From Escherichia coli (lineage in GTDB: Bacteria; Pseudomonadota; Gammaproteobacteria; Enterobacterales; Enterobacteriaceae): 64,000 nt of DNA. Position numbers and translations under genes: made by a program. The notes beneath the pieces are model-generated. The model did not search any database, was not told where the DNA came from, and was given only the letters and a program-made list of their open reading frames with translations. The stretch lies in NCBI RefSeq assembly GCF_050320075.1, contig NZ_CP190018.1; one strand, 5' to 3'. Below, one piece after another: positions 15,960 through 29,447 of this stretch. Position 1 is the stretch's first letter. Each line of letters begins with the position of its first letter.

Positions 15960-16000
15960 GGGGTGTGCATAATACACTTTCCCGCTACAGAGTCAAGCAT
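15960..16000 (-). promoter_or_regulatory. rrn P2 promoter
   Basis: Reverse complement reads TTGACTCTGTAGCGGGAA...GTATTATGCACACCCCGCGCCGCTGAG, matching the rrn P2 sequence as I recall it. Confidence 0.75.
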
Positions 16001-16084
16001 TTATTTTTGCTTTCTCTGTTGAGATTCTCAGGAGAACCCCGCTGACCCGGCGGCGTGTTTGCCGTTGTTCCGTGTCAGTGGTGG

Positions 16085-16140
16085 CGCATTATAGGGAGTT
16101 ATTCCGGCCTGACAAGAGGAAATTTAAAATAATTTTCTGA
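16085..16140 (-). promoter_or_regulatory. rrn P1 promoter with AT-rich UP element
   Basis: Reverse complement reads AAATTATTTTAAATTTCCTCTTGTCAGGCCGGAATAACTCCCTATAATGCGCCACCACTG: -35 TTGTCA, -10 TATAAT, upstream A/T tract. Confidence 0.8.
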
Positions 16141-16267
16141 CCGCGCATTTTTTCAGCAAAAGCCCCGTTAATGTGCCATAAAACAAGCAATTTGCCGTTT
16201 TTGCAACCGTAATCACACTTCCTGGTGGCATACTAAGGAGGAATAAAAAGAAAAAGGAAGATTAGTA

Positions 16268-16960
16268 ATGCCTTTAAGCGCACAACAGTTAGCTGCACAG
16301 AAAAACCTTTCGTATGTTCTGGCTGAGAAGCTGGCGCAACGCATCTTAAAAGGTGAATATGAACCCGGCACCATTTTGCCTGGTGAGATTGAGCTGGGCG
16401 AGCAATTTGGAGTGAGTCGTACAGCGGTACGCGAAGCGGTCAAAACGTTAACGGCAAAAGGGATGGTTTTACCGCGACCGCGAATTGGTACCCGGGTCAT
16501 GCCACAATCAAACTGGAATTTTCTTGATCAGGAATTGCTTACCTGGTGGATGACAGAAGAGAACTTTCATCAGGTCATCGATCACTTTCTGGTTATGCGT
16601 ATCTGTCTGGAGCCGCAAGCTTGCCTACTGGCTGCAACGGTTGGCACCGCGGAACAGAAGGCGCATCTCAATACGTTAATGGCCGAAATGGTGGCATTAA
16701 AAGAGAACTTTCGCCGTGAACGCTGGATTGAGGTCGATATGGCTTGGCATGAGCATATCTATGAAATGAGCGCCAATCCGTTTTTGACCTCATTCGCCTC
16801 GCTATTCCATTCGGTTTATCACACTTACTTCACGTCAATTACCAGCGACACAGTGATAAAGCTGGATCTGCACCAGGCGATTGTCGATGCGATTGTCCAA
16901 AGCGATGGCGACGCGGCATTTAAAGCTTGTCAGGCGCTGCTACGCTCACCTGATAAGTGA
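16268..16960 (+). CDS. yieP: GntR/FadR-family transcriptional regulator YieP
   Basis: 230-aa ORF with N-terminal GntR-type HTH (GVSRTAVREAVKTL). Confidence 0.88.
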   Translation: MPLSAQQLAAQKNLSYVLAEKLAQRILKGEYEPGTILPGEIELGEQFGVSRTAVREAVKTLTAKGMVLPRPRIGTRVMPQSNWNFLDQELLTWWMTEENFHQVIDHFLVMRICLEPQACLLAATVGTAEQKAHLNTLMAEMVALKENFRRERWIEVDMAWHEHIYEMSANPFLTSFASLFHSVYHTYFTSITSDTVIKLDLHQAIVDAIVQSDGDAAFKACQALLRSPDK

Positions 16961-16982
16961 CAACCCGATAACAGGACATTGA

Positions 16983-18410
16983 ATGAGCGATAAAAAGAAG
17001 CGCAGTATGGCGGGTTTGCCGTGGATCGCGGCGATGGCCTTCTTCATGCAGGCACTTGATGCCACTATTCTGAATACCGCCTTACCCGCAATCGCTCATA
17101 GCCTTAATCGTTCTCCTCTCGCGATGCAATCAGCCATCATCAGTTATACGCTGACGGTGGCGATGCTTATTCCGGTAAGCGGATGGCTAGCCGATCGCTT
17201 CGGTACGCGTCGCATATTTACCCTTGCCGTGAGTCTGTTCACGTTGGGTTCTCTGGCCTGCGCACTTTCTAACTCGCTACCACAGCTGGTTGTCTTCCGG
17301 GTTATTCAGGGGATAGGCGGCGCAATGATGATGCCTGTTGCTCGGCTGGCCTTACTGCGCGCTTATCCTCGTAATGAGCTTCTTCCTGTATTGAATTTTG
17401 TCGCCATGCCGGGTCTGGTGGGGCCAATTTTAGGCCCCGTTCTTGGCGGCGTGCTGGTCACCTGGGCAACCTGGCACTGGATATTTTTAATCAATATCCC
17501 CATAGGTATTGCGGGCCTTCTTTACGCGCGCAAACATATGCCCAATTTCACCACCGCACGACGCAGATTCGATATCACTGGCTTTTTGCTGTTTGGCCTT
17601 AGCCTTGTTCTCTTCTCAAGCGGAATAGAGCTATTCGGGGAAAAGATTGTCGCCAGTTGGATTGCCTTGACGGTAATTGTCACCAGCATCGGGTTACTGC
17701 TTCTCTATATTCTCCATGCACGACGCACGCCAAACCCATTAATTTCATTAGATTTATTTAAAACCCGCACTTTCTCGATCGGTATCGTAGGCAATATTGC
17801 AACCCGTCTGGGGACCGGCTGTGTACCGTTCCTTATGCCATTGATGTTACAGGTAGGATTTGGTTATCAGGCGTTTATTGCCGGCTGTATGATGGCACCG
17901 ACAGCGTTAGGTTCCATTATTGCAAAATCGATGGTTACCCAAGTCTTACGTCGTCTGGGCTATCGCCATACGTTAGTGGGGATCACGGTGATTATTGGGC
18001 TAATGATCGCTCAGTTCTCTTTGCAATCACCAGCAATGGCGATATGGATGCTGATCTTGCCGTTGTTTATATTAGGGATGGCTATGTCGACGCAATTTAC
18101 CGCAATGAATACCATCACACTTGCCGATCTGACCGATGACAACGCCAGCAGCGGTAACAGTGTTCTGGCGGTCACGCAGCAACTGTCTATCAGTTTAGGC
18201 GTTGCTGTAAGTGCGGCCGTCCTTCGCGTTTATGAAGGGATGGAAGGTACAACGACTGTCGAACAATTCCACTATACGTTTATCACAATGGGCATTATTA
18301 CTGTTGCTTCAGCAGCAATGTTCATGCTTCTGAAAACAACCGATGGTAATAATTTGATCAAAAGACAGCGTAAATCTAAGCCGAACCGCGTTCCATCAGA
18401 ATCGGAGTAA
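16983..18410 (+). CDS. hsrA: MFS transporter HsrA (YieO)
   Basis: 475-aa ORF, multi-pass hydrophobic; 3' end overlaps the convergent rbsR. Confidence 0.88.
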
Positions 18411-19368
18411 GTTGTAATCGTTGTTGCTGAAGGGTCGGTTGGGTTATCCGATGGATGAGTACATCAATCGCCAGCTCCCCCAGTTCATCTTTCGGTTGGT
18501 GGATAGTGGTTAATGGTGGCGTCATAAAGCTTGCCAGTTCGATATCGTCATAGCCAATCACCGCGATATCCTGCGGAACCTGTAACTCTGCCTGATACAG
18601 CGCCTGGTAAACGCCAACAGCCATAGCGTCATTTCCGGTAAAGACGGCCTGAGGACGCAGCGGGTGTGATAACAGTTGGCGCATAGCGTCAAACCCGCCG
18701 TTAAATTCAAAATCACCAGTGACTTCATAGCCATCAGGAATGTTGAGACCCGCACGTTTCATCGCCGCCCGATAACCTTCCAACCTCAGGCGCGCCGGAG
18801 TTTTATCCAGCGGGCCGGTAATACAGGCGATACGGGTATGACCTTTATCGATCAGATATTGCGTTGCTAAGTCTCCGCCCAGCAACGAGTTATCCTGAAT
18901 AAGATCGCTGTCGCCATCGAACGGAGCCCAGTCCATCATCACAGTAGGCACTGTCGGATAACGTTGCATGATTTCACGCGAAGGTTGATGCGTTTCGGTG
19001 CACAGTAACAGCAAGCCATCAACGCGTTTTTGCATCAGCGTTTCCAGATTGCGATTCATCCGCTGTTCATCGCCTTCGGTATTGCAAAGGACGAGACTAT
19101 AACCGCGTTCGAAGCAGCTGCGTTCAACGCCACGCACCAGTTCTGAATAGAAAGGATTGGTACTGGCAGTGATCAACATGCCAATGGTATGTGTTTGATT
19201 GAGTTTGAGGCTACGCGCCAGGGCTGATGGCGCGTAATTGAGTTCTTTAATCGCCGCTTCAACTTTGGCGGTAATCGCTTCACTGACGAAGCGATCTTTA
19301 TTGATAACGTGAGAAACTGTTGAGGTAGAAACGCCCGCCAGGCGGGCAACATCTTTCATTGTAGCCAA
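18376..19368 (-). CDS. rbsR: ribose operon repressor (LacI family)
   Basis: 330-aa ORF; LacI-type [26 protein letters not shown]. Confidence 0.93.
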
Positions 19369-19371
19369 GCG

Positions 19372-20301
19372 TCACCTCTGCCTGTCTAAAAATGCGTCGA
19401 TCTCTTCACGCCACGGTACGGAAGGTTGTGCGCCTTTACGTGTTACGGCAATCGCAGCGGCGGCATGGGCAAACCGAATCGCCTCTGGCAATGGTTTTTC
19501 TTCCAGCAACGCCGTGATTAACGCGCCGTTAAAGGTATCTCCGGCAGCAATGGTATCGACAGCCTGCACCCGGAATCCAGGAACGCGCTGACCTTCACCA
19601 TTCACGCTAACCCATACACCACGACTTCCTAAAGTAATCAGTACAGTACGGATACCTTTTTCATGCAGTACCTGCGCCGCCTTCGCTGCATCTTCATCAT
19701 TTTCAACACGAATACCGGTGAGCTTTTCTGCTTCCGTTTCGTTTGGCGTAATAATGTCCACCAGCGCCAGCAGTTCGTCAGGAAGTTCGCGAGCCGGAGC
19801 CGGGTTAAGCGCAACGATAGTCTTATTTTGATGGGCGATTTTCGCCGCTGCCATCACACTTTCGAGTGGTGATTCCAGCTGCATTAATAATGCTGACGCG
19901 TTGGCAATACGCTCACGTTGCGCTTCCACCAGCGCCGGGGAAAGGGCAGCATTAGCGCCGGCATGAATACCGATGACATTCTCACCTTCGCCATTAACAA
20001 AAATCAGCGCCACACCTGTTGATTCGCCTTTGATCACGCTGACCGGAGAAATATCGATGTTATCAGTGGCGAGCTGCTGGCGAACGCTCTCACCAATGCT
20101 GTCATCGCCAGTGCAGGCAATAAACGCGATATTCGCACCGCTACGCCCAGCAGCCACAGCCTGATTCGCGCCTTTGCCGCCAAATGCAACCTGATAGTGG
20201 TTACCGGTTACGGTTTCGCCTGGAGTAGGAAAAGATTGAAGATTCAGAATGTGGTCAGCATTAATGCTGCCAAGAACAACGAGGCTGCCTGCGTTTTGCA
20301 T
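19372..20301 (-). CDS. rbsK: ribokinase
   Basis: ORF 19372-20328; start trimmed to MQNAGSLVVLGSINADH (309 aa); PfkB-family motifs. Confidence 0.92.
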   Translation of the reverse strand: MQNAGSLVVLGSINADHILNLQSFPTPGETVTGNHYQVAFGGKGANQAVAAGRSGANIAFIACTGDDSIGESVRQQLATDNIDISPVSVIKGESTGVALIFVNGEGENVIGIHAGANAALSPALVEAQRERIANASALLMQLESPLESVMAAAKIAHQNKTIVALNPAPARELPDELLALVDIITPNETEAEKLTGIRVENDEDAAKAAQVLHEKGIRTVLITLGSRGVWVSVNGEGQRVPGFRVQAVDTIAAGDTFNGALITALLEEKPLPEAIRFAHAAAAIAVTRKGAQPSVPWREEIDAFLDRQR

Positions 20302-20426
20302 ATTCGGGATGTCCATAAAATGCGCCACCGTGTTAGGGTGGCGCGTGCCCTGCTTTTCTTTATATTACACGTTCATCTGTCGATGACGTATTTATGTCAC
20401 CATCAGGTCATACAACCTGATTAAAA

Positions 20427-21317
20427 CTACTGCTTAACAACCAGTTTCAGATCAACCGGATACTTAGCCTGAACTTTCTCGCCTTTCAGCACTTTATCTG
20501 CGGTTTCAACGCCTTTCGCGCCAATCTGATCGGGTAGCTGAGCGATAGTCGCTGCTAGTTTGCCATCATTCACCGCTTTTTCGCCATCCGGTGTACCGTC
20601 AAATCCGACGACCATCACATCCGATTTACCGGCAGTTTGCAGTGCGCGCAGCGCGCCCAGCGCCATTTCATCATTCTGCGCGAATACAGCCTGAACATCC
20701 GGATGTGCGGTCAACAGGTTCTGCATTACGTTCAAACCTTTAGTGCGATCAAAATCTGCTGGCTGGCTGGCAAGAACATTAAACTTGTGAGCAGCAACAG
20801 CCTGCTGGAAGCCTTCGCCACGTTCACGGGCTGCGGATGTACCGGCAATGCCTTGCAGCTCGATAACTTTGGCACCTTCACCCGCTTTCTTCGCGATGTA
20901 ATCACCGGCGATTTTGCCGCCCAGTACGTTATCAGAAGCAATGTGGCTCACCACTTCACCTTTCGTTGCCTGGCGGTCAAGAGTGATAACCGGGATGTTC
21001 GCCTGGTTAGCCATCTTCACAGCATTACCCACTGCGTCGGAGTCGGTCGGGTTAATCAGCAGAATTTTTGTGCCGCGAACGGTTAAGTCCTGCACGTTCG
21101 CCAGCTCTTTCGCCGGGTTGTTCTGGGAGTCCAGCACCACCAGGTTATAGCCAAGTTTATCCGCCTCTTTCTGCGCGCCATCTTTCAGCGATACAAAGAA
21201 CGGGTTGTTAAGCGTGGAGACCACCAGCGCGATGGTGTCTTTTGCCATCGCATTCGCACTGACGGTGGCGCTTAGCGCAACAGCGGAAACCAGGGTAGCC
21301 AGTTTTTTCATGTTCAT
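20427..21317 (-). CDS. rbsB: ribose ABC transporter periplasmic binding protein
   Basis: ORF 20427-21323; start trimmed to MNMKKLATL...; signal peptide followed by a binding-protein fold sequence. Confidence 0.92.
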   Translation of the reverse strand: MNMKKLATLVSAVALSATVSANAMAKDTIALVVSTLNNPFFVSLKDGAQKEADKLGYNLVVLDSQNNPAKELANVQDLTVRGTKILLINPTDSDAVGNAVKMANQANIPVITLDRQATKGEVVSHIASDNVLGGKIAGDYIAKKAGEGAKVIELQGIAGTSAARERGEGFQQAVAAHKFNVLASQPADFDRTKGLNVMQNLLTAHPDVQAVFAQNDEMALGALRALQTAGKSDVMVVGFDGTPDGEKAVNDGKLAATIAQLPDQIGAKGVETADKVLKGEKVQAKYPVDLKLVVKQ

Positions 21318-21341
21318 ACTCAAGATGTCCTGTAGTCGTTA

Positions 21342-22307
21342 TTACTGCTTTTTGTTGTCTACCAGCACCGCCAGCAAAATCACCACCGCTTTGACGATCA
21401 TCTGGTAATAGGAGGAAACACCTAACAAATTCAATCCATTATTAAGGAAGCCAAGAATTAATGCGCCGATCAACGTCCCAACAATGCGACCTTTTCCGCC
21501 CGCCAGACTCGTACCGCCCAGAACCACCGCAGCAATAGCATCCAGCTCATAGCCAGTCCCCGCCGTAGGTTGTGCGGAGGAGAGACGCGCCACTTCAATG
21601 ATCCCGGCCAGCGATGCCAGCAGACCACAAAGAGAATAGACGATGATTTTGATTTTATTGACGTTGATACCAGAAAGGCGCGTTGCCGCTTCGTTGCCGC
21701 CCAGCGCGTAGATGTAACGCCCCAGACGCGTGTGATGCAGCATGTACCAGGCCGCGAGGAACACAATCCCCATGATCCAGACTGGCGTCGGTACGCCCAG
21801 CGGACGACCGATCCCAAACCAGCCAAACAGATCGGCGTTCTCAGTAAAGCCGGTATTCACTGGGCTACCGTTGGTATAAACCATGGTCACGCCGCGCAGT
21901 AAAAGCATCATAACCAGCGTAGCGATAAACGCCTGGACGCGACCTTTCGCTACAATCACCCCGGTTACCGCACCAATTGCGGCACCTAACGCGAGAGCGG
22001 CAGCGACAGCCACCAGCGCATTGACTTCAATGCCAACGATAGATGCAGCAACTGCGCCGGTCAGCGCCAATAGAGAACCTACCGACAAGTCGATGCCCGA
22101 CGTCAGGATCACCAGCGTCATCCCGACTGCCATAATGGCGTTCACCGAGGTTTGCTGGAGAATATTGAATAAGTTATTGATGGTGAAAAAGTTCGGGCTT
22201 AACGTCGAGACAATCGCGATCAGCACCAGCAGAGCGATAAGCGATTTCTGCTCCATCAGCCACGCTTTCGTGAAATAACGGCGACCAGAGACAGTCTGGG
22301 TTGTCAT
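21342..22307 (-). CDS. rbsC: ribose ABC transporter permease
   Basis: 321-aa hydrophobic ORF in operon order. Confidence 0.93.
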   Translation of the reverse strand: MTTQTVSGRRYFTKAWLMEQKSLIALLVLIAIVSTLSPNFFTINNLFNILQQTSVNAIMAVGMTLVILTSGIDLSVGSLLALTGAVAASIVGIEVNALVAVAAALALGAAIGAVTGVIVAKGRVQAFIATLVMMLLLRGVTMVYTNGSPVNTGFTENADLFGWFGIGRPLGVPTPVWIMGIVFLAAWYMLHHTRLGRYIYALGGNEAATRLSGINVNKIKIIVYSLCGLLASLAGIIEVARLSSAQPTAGTGYELDAIAAVVLGGTSLAGGKGRIVGTLIGALILGFLNNGLNLLGVSSYYQMIVKAVVILLAVLVDNKKQ

Positions 22308-22311
22308 TTTT

Positions 22312-23817
22312 TTACTCCTGATTCACGCGATTAAGCTTGCCCACAGCGGCAGCCATTAACACTTCCTGGGTGGCCTGCTCACGAGCAAATTCCCCGCTGA
22401 GATGCCCTTCATGCATGACGATGATGCGATCGCTCATGCCTAATACTTCTGGCATCTCCGATGACACCAGAATGATGCTCAAGCCATCGGCTTTGAACTG
22501 GTTAATCAGTTGATAGATCTCTTTTTTCGCGCCGACATCTACGCCACGGGTAGGCTCATCGAGGATCAACACTTTGGGGCGTGTCATCAGACCGCGGGCA
22601 ATCGCCACTTTTTGCTGATTGCCACCGGAAAGCAGACCAATTGCCTGTTCCATCGACGGCGTTTTCACATTAAACAGACGAATGAAATCACTTACTGCCT
22701 GCTGTTCATCGGCATGCTTCAAACTGCCGCCAGCGCGGCTGAAGTAGCGCAGCGCTGTCAGCGACATGTTCTCTTTTACTGACATGCCCAGCACCAAACC
22801 GTCGCGTTTACGGTCTTCAGAGATATACACAATGCCGTTTGCCAGGCCATCCTGCGGTGAACGGGTAACGACTTCATGCCCATCCAGGGTGACGTAACCG
22901 CTGGTGCGCGGCAGTGCGCCGTAGAGCACTTTCATCAGTTCGGTACGCCCAGCGCCCATCAAACCAGAGACGCCAAGAATTTCGCCTTTGCGTAAAGTAA
23001 AAGAGACATCGTTAACGCCAGGTCCGCAGAGATTATCGACTTTCAGGCGAATATCTCCTGGCGCTTTGTCCAGGTGTGGATATTGATCTTCCAGCTTGCG
23101 GCCCACCATCATCTCAATCAGCGAATCTTCGGTCAGTGATGCTACTTCACGCTCAGCAATAAATTGCCCATCACGAAAAACGGTAACGTCATCGCAAATC
23201 TCGAAGATTTCTTTCATGCGGTGGGAAATATAGACAATACCGCGGCCTTGCGATTTCAGCTCGCGGATGACGCGGAACAAGGATTCGGTTTCGGTATCGG
23301 TCAGCGCATCGGTCGGTTCATCCATAATGATGACTTTCGACTCAAAGCTCAGCACTTTGGCTATTTCAACCATTTGCTGGTCACCGATGGAAAGATCGCC
23401 CACTAACTTGTCGCTTTTAAAGCGCAGGTTAAGTTTAGCCAGCAATTTATCCGCTTCGGCATACATGGTTTTCCAGTCAATTTTGCCAAAGCGATTAACA
23501 AACTCACGACCGAGGAAAATGTTTTCGGCAATGGTCAACTGCGGGATCAGGTTCAGTTCCTGATGGATAATCCCAATCCCGGCTTCCTGGGAAGATTTCG
23601 GCCCGGTAAACGTCGTTTCTTTCCCCAGCCATAAAAGCGTACCGGCATCGCGAGTATAGATACCCGTAAGCACTTTCATCATGGTGGATTTACCCGCACC
23701 GTTTTCGCCCACCAGCGCCATCACGCGGCCAGGATAGACATTTAACGCTGCACCCGAGAGGGCTTTTACGCCCGGGAAGGCTTTATCGATGCCTTTAAGC
23801 TGAAGTAATGCTTCCAT
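22312..23817 (-). CDS. rbsA: ribose ABC transporter ATPase (duplicated ABC domains)
   Basis: 501-aa ORF; Walker [10 protein letters not shown]. Confidence 0.94.
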   Translation of the reverse strand: MEALLQLKGIDKAFPGVKALSGAALNVYPGRVMALVGENGAGKSTMMKVLTGIYTRDAGTLLWLGKETTFTGPKSSQEAGIGIIHQELNLIPQLTIAENIFLGREFVNRFGKIDWKTMYAEADKLLAKLNLRFKSDKLVGDLSIGDQQMVEIAKVLSFESKVIIMDEPTDALTDTETESLFRVIRELKSQGRGIVYISHRMKEIFEICDDVTVFRDGQFIAEREVASLTEDSLIEMMVGRKLEDQYPHLDKAPGDIRLKVDNLCGPGVNDVSFTLRKGEILGVSGLMGAGRTELMKVLYGALPRTSGYVTLDGHEVVTRSPQDGLANGIVYISEDRKRDGLVLGMSVKENMSLTALRYFSRAGGSLKHADEQQAVSDFIRLFNVKTPSMEQAIGLLSGGNQQKVAIARGLMTRPKVLILDEPTRGVDVGAKKEIYQLINQFKADGLSIILVSSEMPEVLGMSDRIIVMHEGHLSGEFAREQATQEVLMAAAVGKLNRVNQE

Positions 23818-23824
23818 GACGGCC

Positions 23825-24244
23825 TCAGAACGTCACGCCAGCACAGAGAATGATATTCGCATACGGAGAACATTCTCCGCTGCGAATTACCGCCTGACTT
23901 TCTGCGGTTTGTTGTTTGAATTGTTCATGCGTGGTGTAACGAATTTCAATGGTATTTCCCTGGTGTTTTTGCAGCTGCTCAAGGTGAGTGAGCAACGTTT
24001 CGTGGAGTTGCGGATTATGTTGTTTGATCTCTTCCGCGATAATGGCTGCCTCGACCTGCATTTCATTTGTGACGACGCCCAGCACCTGCATAAAAGAAGG
24101 TACACCCTGGGTTAATGCCATATCGATACGCGTTGTACTTTTGGGGATGGGTAAACCTGCATCACACACCACCAGCGTATCGGTATGTCCCAGTCGGGAG
24201 ATCACCGATGAAATATCAGAATTAAGAACGGTGCCTTTTTTCAT
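23825..24244 (-). CDS. rbsD: D-ribose pyranase
   Basis: ORF 23825-24256; start trimmed to [14 protein letters not shown] (139 aa). Confidence 0.9.
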   Translation of the reverse strand: MKKGTVLNSDISSVISRLGHTDTLVVCDAGLPIPKSTTRIDMALTQGVPSFMQVLGVVTNEMQVEAAIIAEEIKQHNPQLHETLLTHLEQLQKHQGNTIEIRYTTHEQFKQQTAESQAVIRSGECSPYANIILCAGVTF

Positions 24245-24365
24245 TTTTTTCTCCATCAGCGAAACGTTTCGCTGACCCGCAGTTTAATCCTGACTGAGTT
24301 GGGAAAACCATCGTGACGTTACGGAAATGTGATCAACCTCGAAACGTTTTACATGGTGATTAACC

Positions 24366-24408
24366 ATGAAAACAAAAACGCCCCCTTATGGAGAAAGGAG
24401 GCGTCTGG
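24366..24408 (-). terminator. putative rho-independent terminator downstream of kup
   Basis: Minus-strand hairpin (acgcctcc / gggggcgt arms) followed by a U-rich run, just 3' of the kup stop. Confidence 0.5.
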
Positions 24409-24410
24409 CG

Positions 24411-26279
24411 TTAGATTTCGACCTGAGTACCCAGTTCGATAACCCTGTTTGGCGGGATTTCAAATTGATCCGGCGCACGCAGCGCATTACGTTGCAACAG
24501 CAAGTACAGCTTACCGCGCAGACGCAAATACCACGGGCGTTTGCCGAGGATCAACGACTCATGCGACATAAAGAAGGAGGTTTCCATCATCCGGCAACTT
24601 AATCCTTCCAGACCGCAGCGGTGGAATACTTCTTCCACGTTTGGCGTTTCTCGCCAACCATAACTTGCCACCACGCGCCAGAAAGTGGGCGACAGTTGTT
24701 CAATCTGTACCCGACGGACGTTATGGACATATGGCGCGTCTTCGGTGCGCAGAGTTAACAGAATCACCCGCTCATGCAATACCTTGTTATGTTTCAGGTT
24801 ATGCATCAGCGCAAAGGGAATGACGTTGATTGCACGTGACATATACACCGCGGTCCCGGGCACGCGAACGGGCGGTGATTTCTCCAGCGAAGCAATCATC
24901 GCCTCCAGAGAGTTGCCATGTTCATGCATCCGCCGCAGCAAGCGGAAACGCTCGCTCTTCCAGGTGGTCATCACGATAAACATCACTGTACCGAGGCTCA
25001 ATGGCAACCAGCCGCCGGAGAGCAGTTTATCGAGGTTAGCGGTGAACAATGGAATATCGACACAAAGGAAAGCAATCAGGATCAGCGCAACAAAATACTT
25101 ATTCCAGTGCCAGTTCTGACGTGCCACGGTAGTCGAGAGAATAGACGTCAGCACCATGGTTCCGGTCACCGCAATCCCGTACGCCGCCGCCAGGTTGCTG
25201 GAGTGCTCAAAGCTGACAATCACAATCACGACCGCGACATAGAGCATCCAGTTCACAAACGGAATATAGATTTGCCCTGACTCCATTTCGGAGGTGTGAA
25301 TAATGCGCATCGGCGACAAATATCCCAGACGTACCGCCTGACGCGTCAATGAGAAGACGCCAGAGATAACAGCCTGCGAGGCGATTACCGTCGCCAGTGC
25401 GGCGATGATCAGCAGCGGGATCAGCGCCCAGTCCGGTGCCAACAGGAAGAACGGGTTCTTAATTGCTTCCGGGTTCTTTAACAACAGCGCTCCCTGACCG
25501 AAGTAATTAAGAGTTAAGGAAGGCAATACGACGGTGAACCACGCCAGACGAATCGGGAACTTACCAAAGTGCCCCATATCAGCATACAGCGCCTCGACCC
25601 CCGTAATCGACAGCACCACTGCCCCTAATGCAATAAAAGAAACCGTTTTGTATTCAAGGAAGAAATGCACCGCCCACATCGGATTCAGCGCATGCAGCAC
25701 TTCCGGGTTAGCAATAATGCTACGTAACCCCAGCCCAGCCAGAATCAAAAACCAGGTCAGCATGATCGGCGCAAACAGCTTACCGACCATAGCCGTGCCA
25801 TGCTTTTGAATCATAAATAATAAAGTGAGAACGATAATTGAGAGAGGAACTATCCAGGTATCCAGCTGCGGGGCGACGATTTCCAGACCTTCAATGGCTG
25901 ACATCACCGAAATAGCGGGTGTTATGACGACTTCACCATAGAAAAAGCTGCCGCCGATTAGCCCCATAATCACCAGCATTGATGTGGTTCGCGCCGACGT
26001 ATTGCGCCCGGCAAGCGACATCAACGTCAGGATCCCCCCTTCACCGGCGTTATCTGCCCGCATCACGAAGGTGAGATATTTAATGGAAACCACAAAGATT
26101 AGCAGCCAGAAGATCAGCGATAAAAAGCCAAACACGGCATCGCGTTCAACGCCAAAACCAAACTGGCCGGACAAACATTCACGAAGTGTATATAACGGGC
26201 TGGTACCAATATCGCCGTAGACAACTCCAATCGCCGCGAGGGTAATCGCGGGCAATGATTGCTTATTATCAGTGCTCAT
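24411..26279 (-). CDS. kup: low-affinity K+ uptake transporter Kup (TrkD)
   Basis: 622-aa multi-pass ORF at the expected position. Confidence 0.94.
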
Positions 26280-26501
26280 AGACTAGTCTTTCGTTGAAAT
26301 ATGAAATGTGTGCTTAGTCCCTTGGCCCACAAAAAAGCGCACAGTATGCACGATTAACGGCAAAATCGTACTCCTAAATGCGGCCACATTAACCTGGCTC
26401 AAAGAAAAATACCCCCCCTTTGAGACTATTTTAGCCACCAGCAAGAAACGTCTATACTCGCAATTTACGCAGAACTTTTGACGAAAGGACGCCACTTCAT
26501 T

Positions 26502-27998
26502 ATGGCTCACCCTCATTTATTAGCGGAAAGAATTTCCCGCCTGAGCAGTTCGTTGGAAAAGGGGCTTTATGAACGTAGCCACGCCATCCGCTTGTGTTTA
26601 TTAGCGGCATTAAGTGGTGAAAGTGTGTTCCTCCTTGGCCCGCCAGGTATTGCCAAAAGTTTGATCGCCCGGCGCTTAAAATTCGCCTTTCAGAATGCCC
26701 GCGCGTTTGAATATCTGATGACCCGCTTCTCCACGCCGGAAGAAGTTTTTGGTCCCCTTTCTATTCAGGCGCTAAAAGATGAAGGGCGCTATGAACGTTT
26801 AACCAGCGGTTACCTGCCGGAAGCAGAAATCGTCTTTCTGGATGAGATCTGGAAAGCGGGCCCGGCAATTCTTAATACCCTGCTCACCGCCATTAACGAG
26901 CGCCAGTTCCGTAACGGTGCACACGTAGAAAAAATCCCGATGCGCCTGCTGGTGGCGGCCTCCAACGAGCTGCCGGAAGCAGACAGCAGTCTGGAAGCGT
27001 TATATGACCGCATGCTGATTCGTCTGTGGTTAGATAAAGTGCAGGATAAAGCGAATTTCCGCTCCATGCTGACCAGTCAACAGGATGAAAACGACAATCC
27101 GGTTCCTGCCTCCTTGCAGGTCACAGATGAAGAATATGAACGCTGGCAGAAAGAGATTGGTGAAATTACGCTGCCCGATCATGTATTTGAGCTGATTTTT
27201 ATGCTGCGCCAGCAACTGGATAAATTACCGGATGCGCCTTATGTCTCGGATCGTCGCTGGAAAAAAGCGATTCGATTATTGCAGGCCAGCGCCTTTTTTA
27301 GCGGTCGCAGTGCTGTTGCCCCGGTTGATCTCATTTTGCTGAAAGATTGCCTGTGGTATGACGCGCAAAGCCTGAATTTGATACAACAACAAATTGATGT
27401 ATTGATGACCGGTCATGCCTGGCAACAGCAAGGGATGTTGACCCGCCTTGGCGCGATTGTGCAACGTCACCTGCAACTCCAGCAGCAACAAAGCGATAAA
27501 ACAGCCTTAACGGTAATTCGTCTGGGCGGCATTTTCAGCCGTCGTCAGCAGTATCAACTTCCTGTTAACGTTACTGCTTCCACTCTGACTCTGCTGCTGC
27601 AAAAACCGTTAAAATTGCATGATATGGAAGTGGTTCATATCTCCTTTGAGCGTAGCGCGCTGGAACAGTGGCTGAGTAAAGGTGGTGAGATTCGCGGCAA
27701 ACTGAACGGTATCGGCTTTGCCCAGAAACTGAATCTGGAAGTGGATAGCGCCCAACATCTTGTTGTACGCGATGTAAGTTTACAAGGCAGTACGCTGGCA
27801 CTTCCCGGTTCATCGGCTGAAGGTCTGCCAGGTGAAATAAAACAACAACTGGAAGAGCTTGAAAGCGACTGGCGCAAGCAACACGCTTTATTCAGCGAAC
27901 AGCAAAAATGTCTGTTTATCCCTGGCGACTGGTTAGGTCGCATTGAAGCCAGCCTACAGGATGTCGGCGCACAGATTCGCCAGGCACAACAATGCTAA
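26502..27998 (+). CDS. ravA: MoxR-family AAA+ ATPase RavA
   Basis: ORF 26478-27998; start trimmed to [14 protein letters not shown] (498 aa); Walker A GPPGIAKS. Confidence 0.92.
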
Positions 27999-29443
27999 CG
28001 CTGGATACGCTTAATGTGATGCTGGCCGTCAGCGAAGAGGGATTGATCGAAGAGATGATCATCGCGCTGCTGGCCTCACCGCAGCTGGCAGTCTTCTTTG
28101 AAAAATTCCCACGACTGAAGGCGGCAATCACTGATGATGTTCCCCGCTGGCGTGAGGCGCTGCGCAGTCGGCTGAAAGATGCCCGAGTCCCGCCGGAACT
28201 CACCGAAGAGGTGATGTGCTATCAGCAAAGCCAGCTCCTCTCCACGCCGCAGTTTATTGTGCAGCTACCACAGATCCTGGACTTACTGCATCGTCTGAAT
28301 TCCCCATGGGCAGAACAAGCCCGACAGTTGGTTGATGCTAACAGCACGATCACTTCAGCGTTACACACGCTTTTTCTCCAGCGTTGGCGTTTAAGTCTGA
28401 TCGTGCAAGCAACGACGTTAAATCAACAGCTATTAGAAGAAGAACGCGAACAACTGTTGAGTGAAGTTCAGGAACGCATGACGCTGAGCGGACAACTTGA
28501 ACCGATTCTCGCAGATAACAATACCGCAGCTGGTCGTCTGTGGGATATGAGCGCCGGTCAGCTTAAACGTGGCGACTATCAGTTGATTGTGAAATACGGT
28601 GAATTTCTTAACGAACAGCCGGAACTGAAACGCCTGGCAGAACAGCTGGGGCGTTCCCGGGAAGCCAAATCAATACCGCGCAACGATGCGCAGATGGAAA
28701 CCTTCCGCACCCTGGTGCGCGAACCGGCGACGGTTCCTGAGCAGGTTGATGGTCTGCAACAAAGCGATGATATTTTACGTCTCCTGCCGCCAGAACTGGC
28801 GACACTAGGGATAACAGAACTGGAGTATGAGTTTTACCGTCGGCTGGTGGAAAAACAGTTGCTCACCTATCGCCTGCACGGTGAGTCGTGGCGAGAAAAA
28901 GTGATCGAACGTCCGGTGGTACATAAAGATTACGACGAACAGCCGCGCGGACCGTTTATTGTCTGTGTGGATACTTCCGGCTCAATGGGCGGCTTTAATG
29001 AACAGTGTGCGAAAGCGTTCTGCCTGGCCTTGATGCGCATTGCTCTCGCTGAAAACCGGCGCTGCTATATTATGTTATTTTCCACCGAGATCGTCCGTTA
29101 TGAGCTTTCAGGCCCACAAGGCATCGAACAAGCAATCCGTTTTTTAAGCCAGCAGTTTCGTGGCGGCACCGATCTGGCCAGTTGTTTTCGCGCCATTATG
29201 GAACGCTTGCAAAGCCGGGAATGGTTTGATGCCGATGCGGTGGTGATTTCTGATTTTATCGCCCAGCGGTTGCCTGACGACGTGACGAGTAAAGTGAAAG
29301 AGCTACAGCGGGTACATCAGCATCGCTTTCATGCCGTGGCGATGTCGGCACATGGCAAACCCGGCATCATGCGCATTTTCGATCATATCTGGCGCTTTGA
29401 TACCGGGATGCGAAGCCGCCTGCTCAGACGCTGGCGGCGATAA
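27992..29443 (+). CDS. viaA: VWA-domain protein ViaA (YieM)
   Basis: 483-aa ORF overlapping the ravA stop; C-terminal VWA MIDAS-like DTSGSM. Confidence 0.92.
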
Positions 29444-29447
29444 ATTA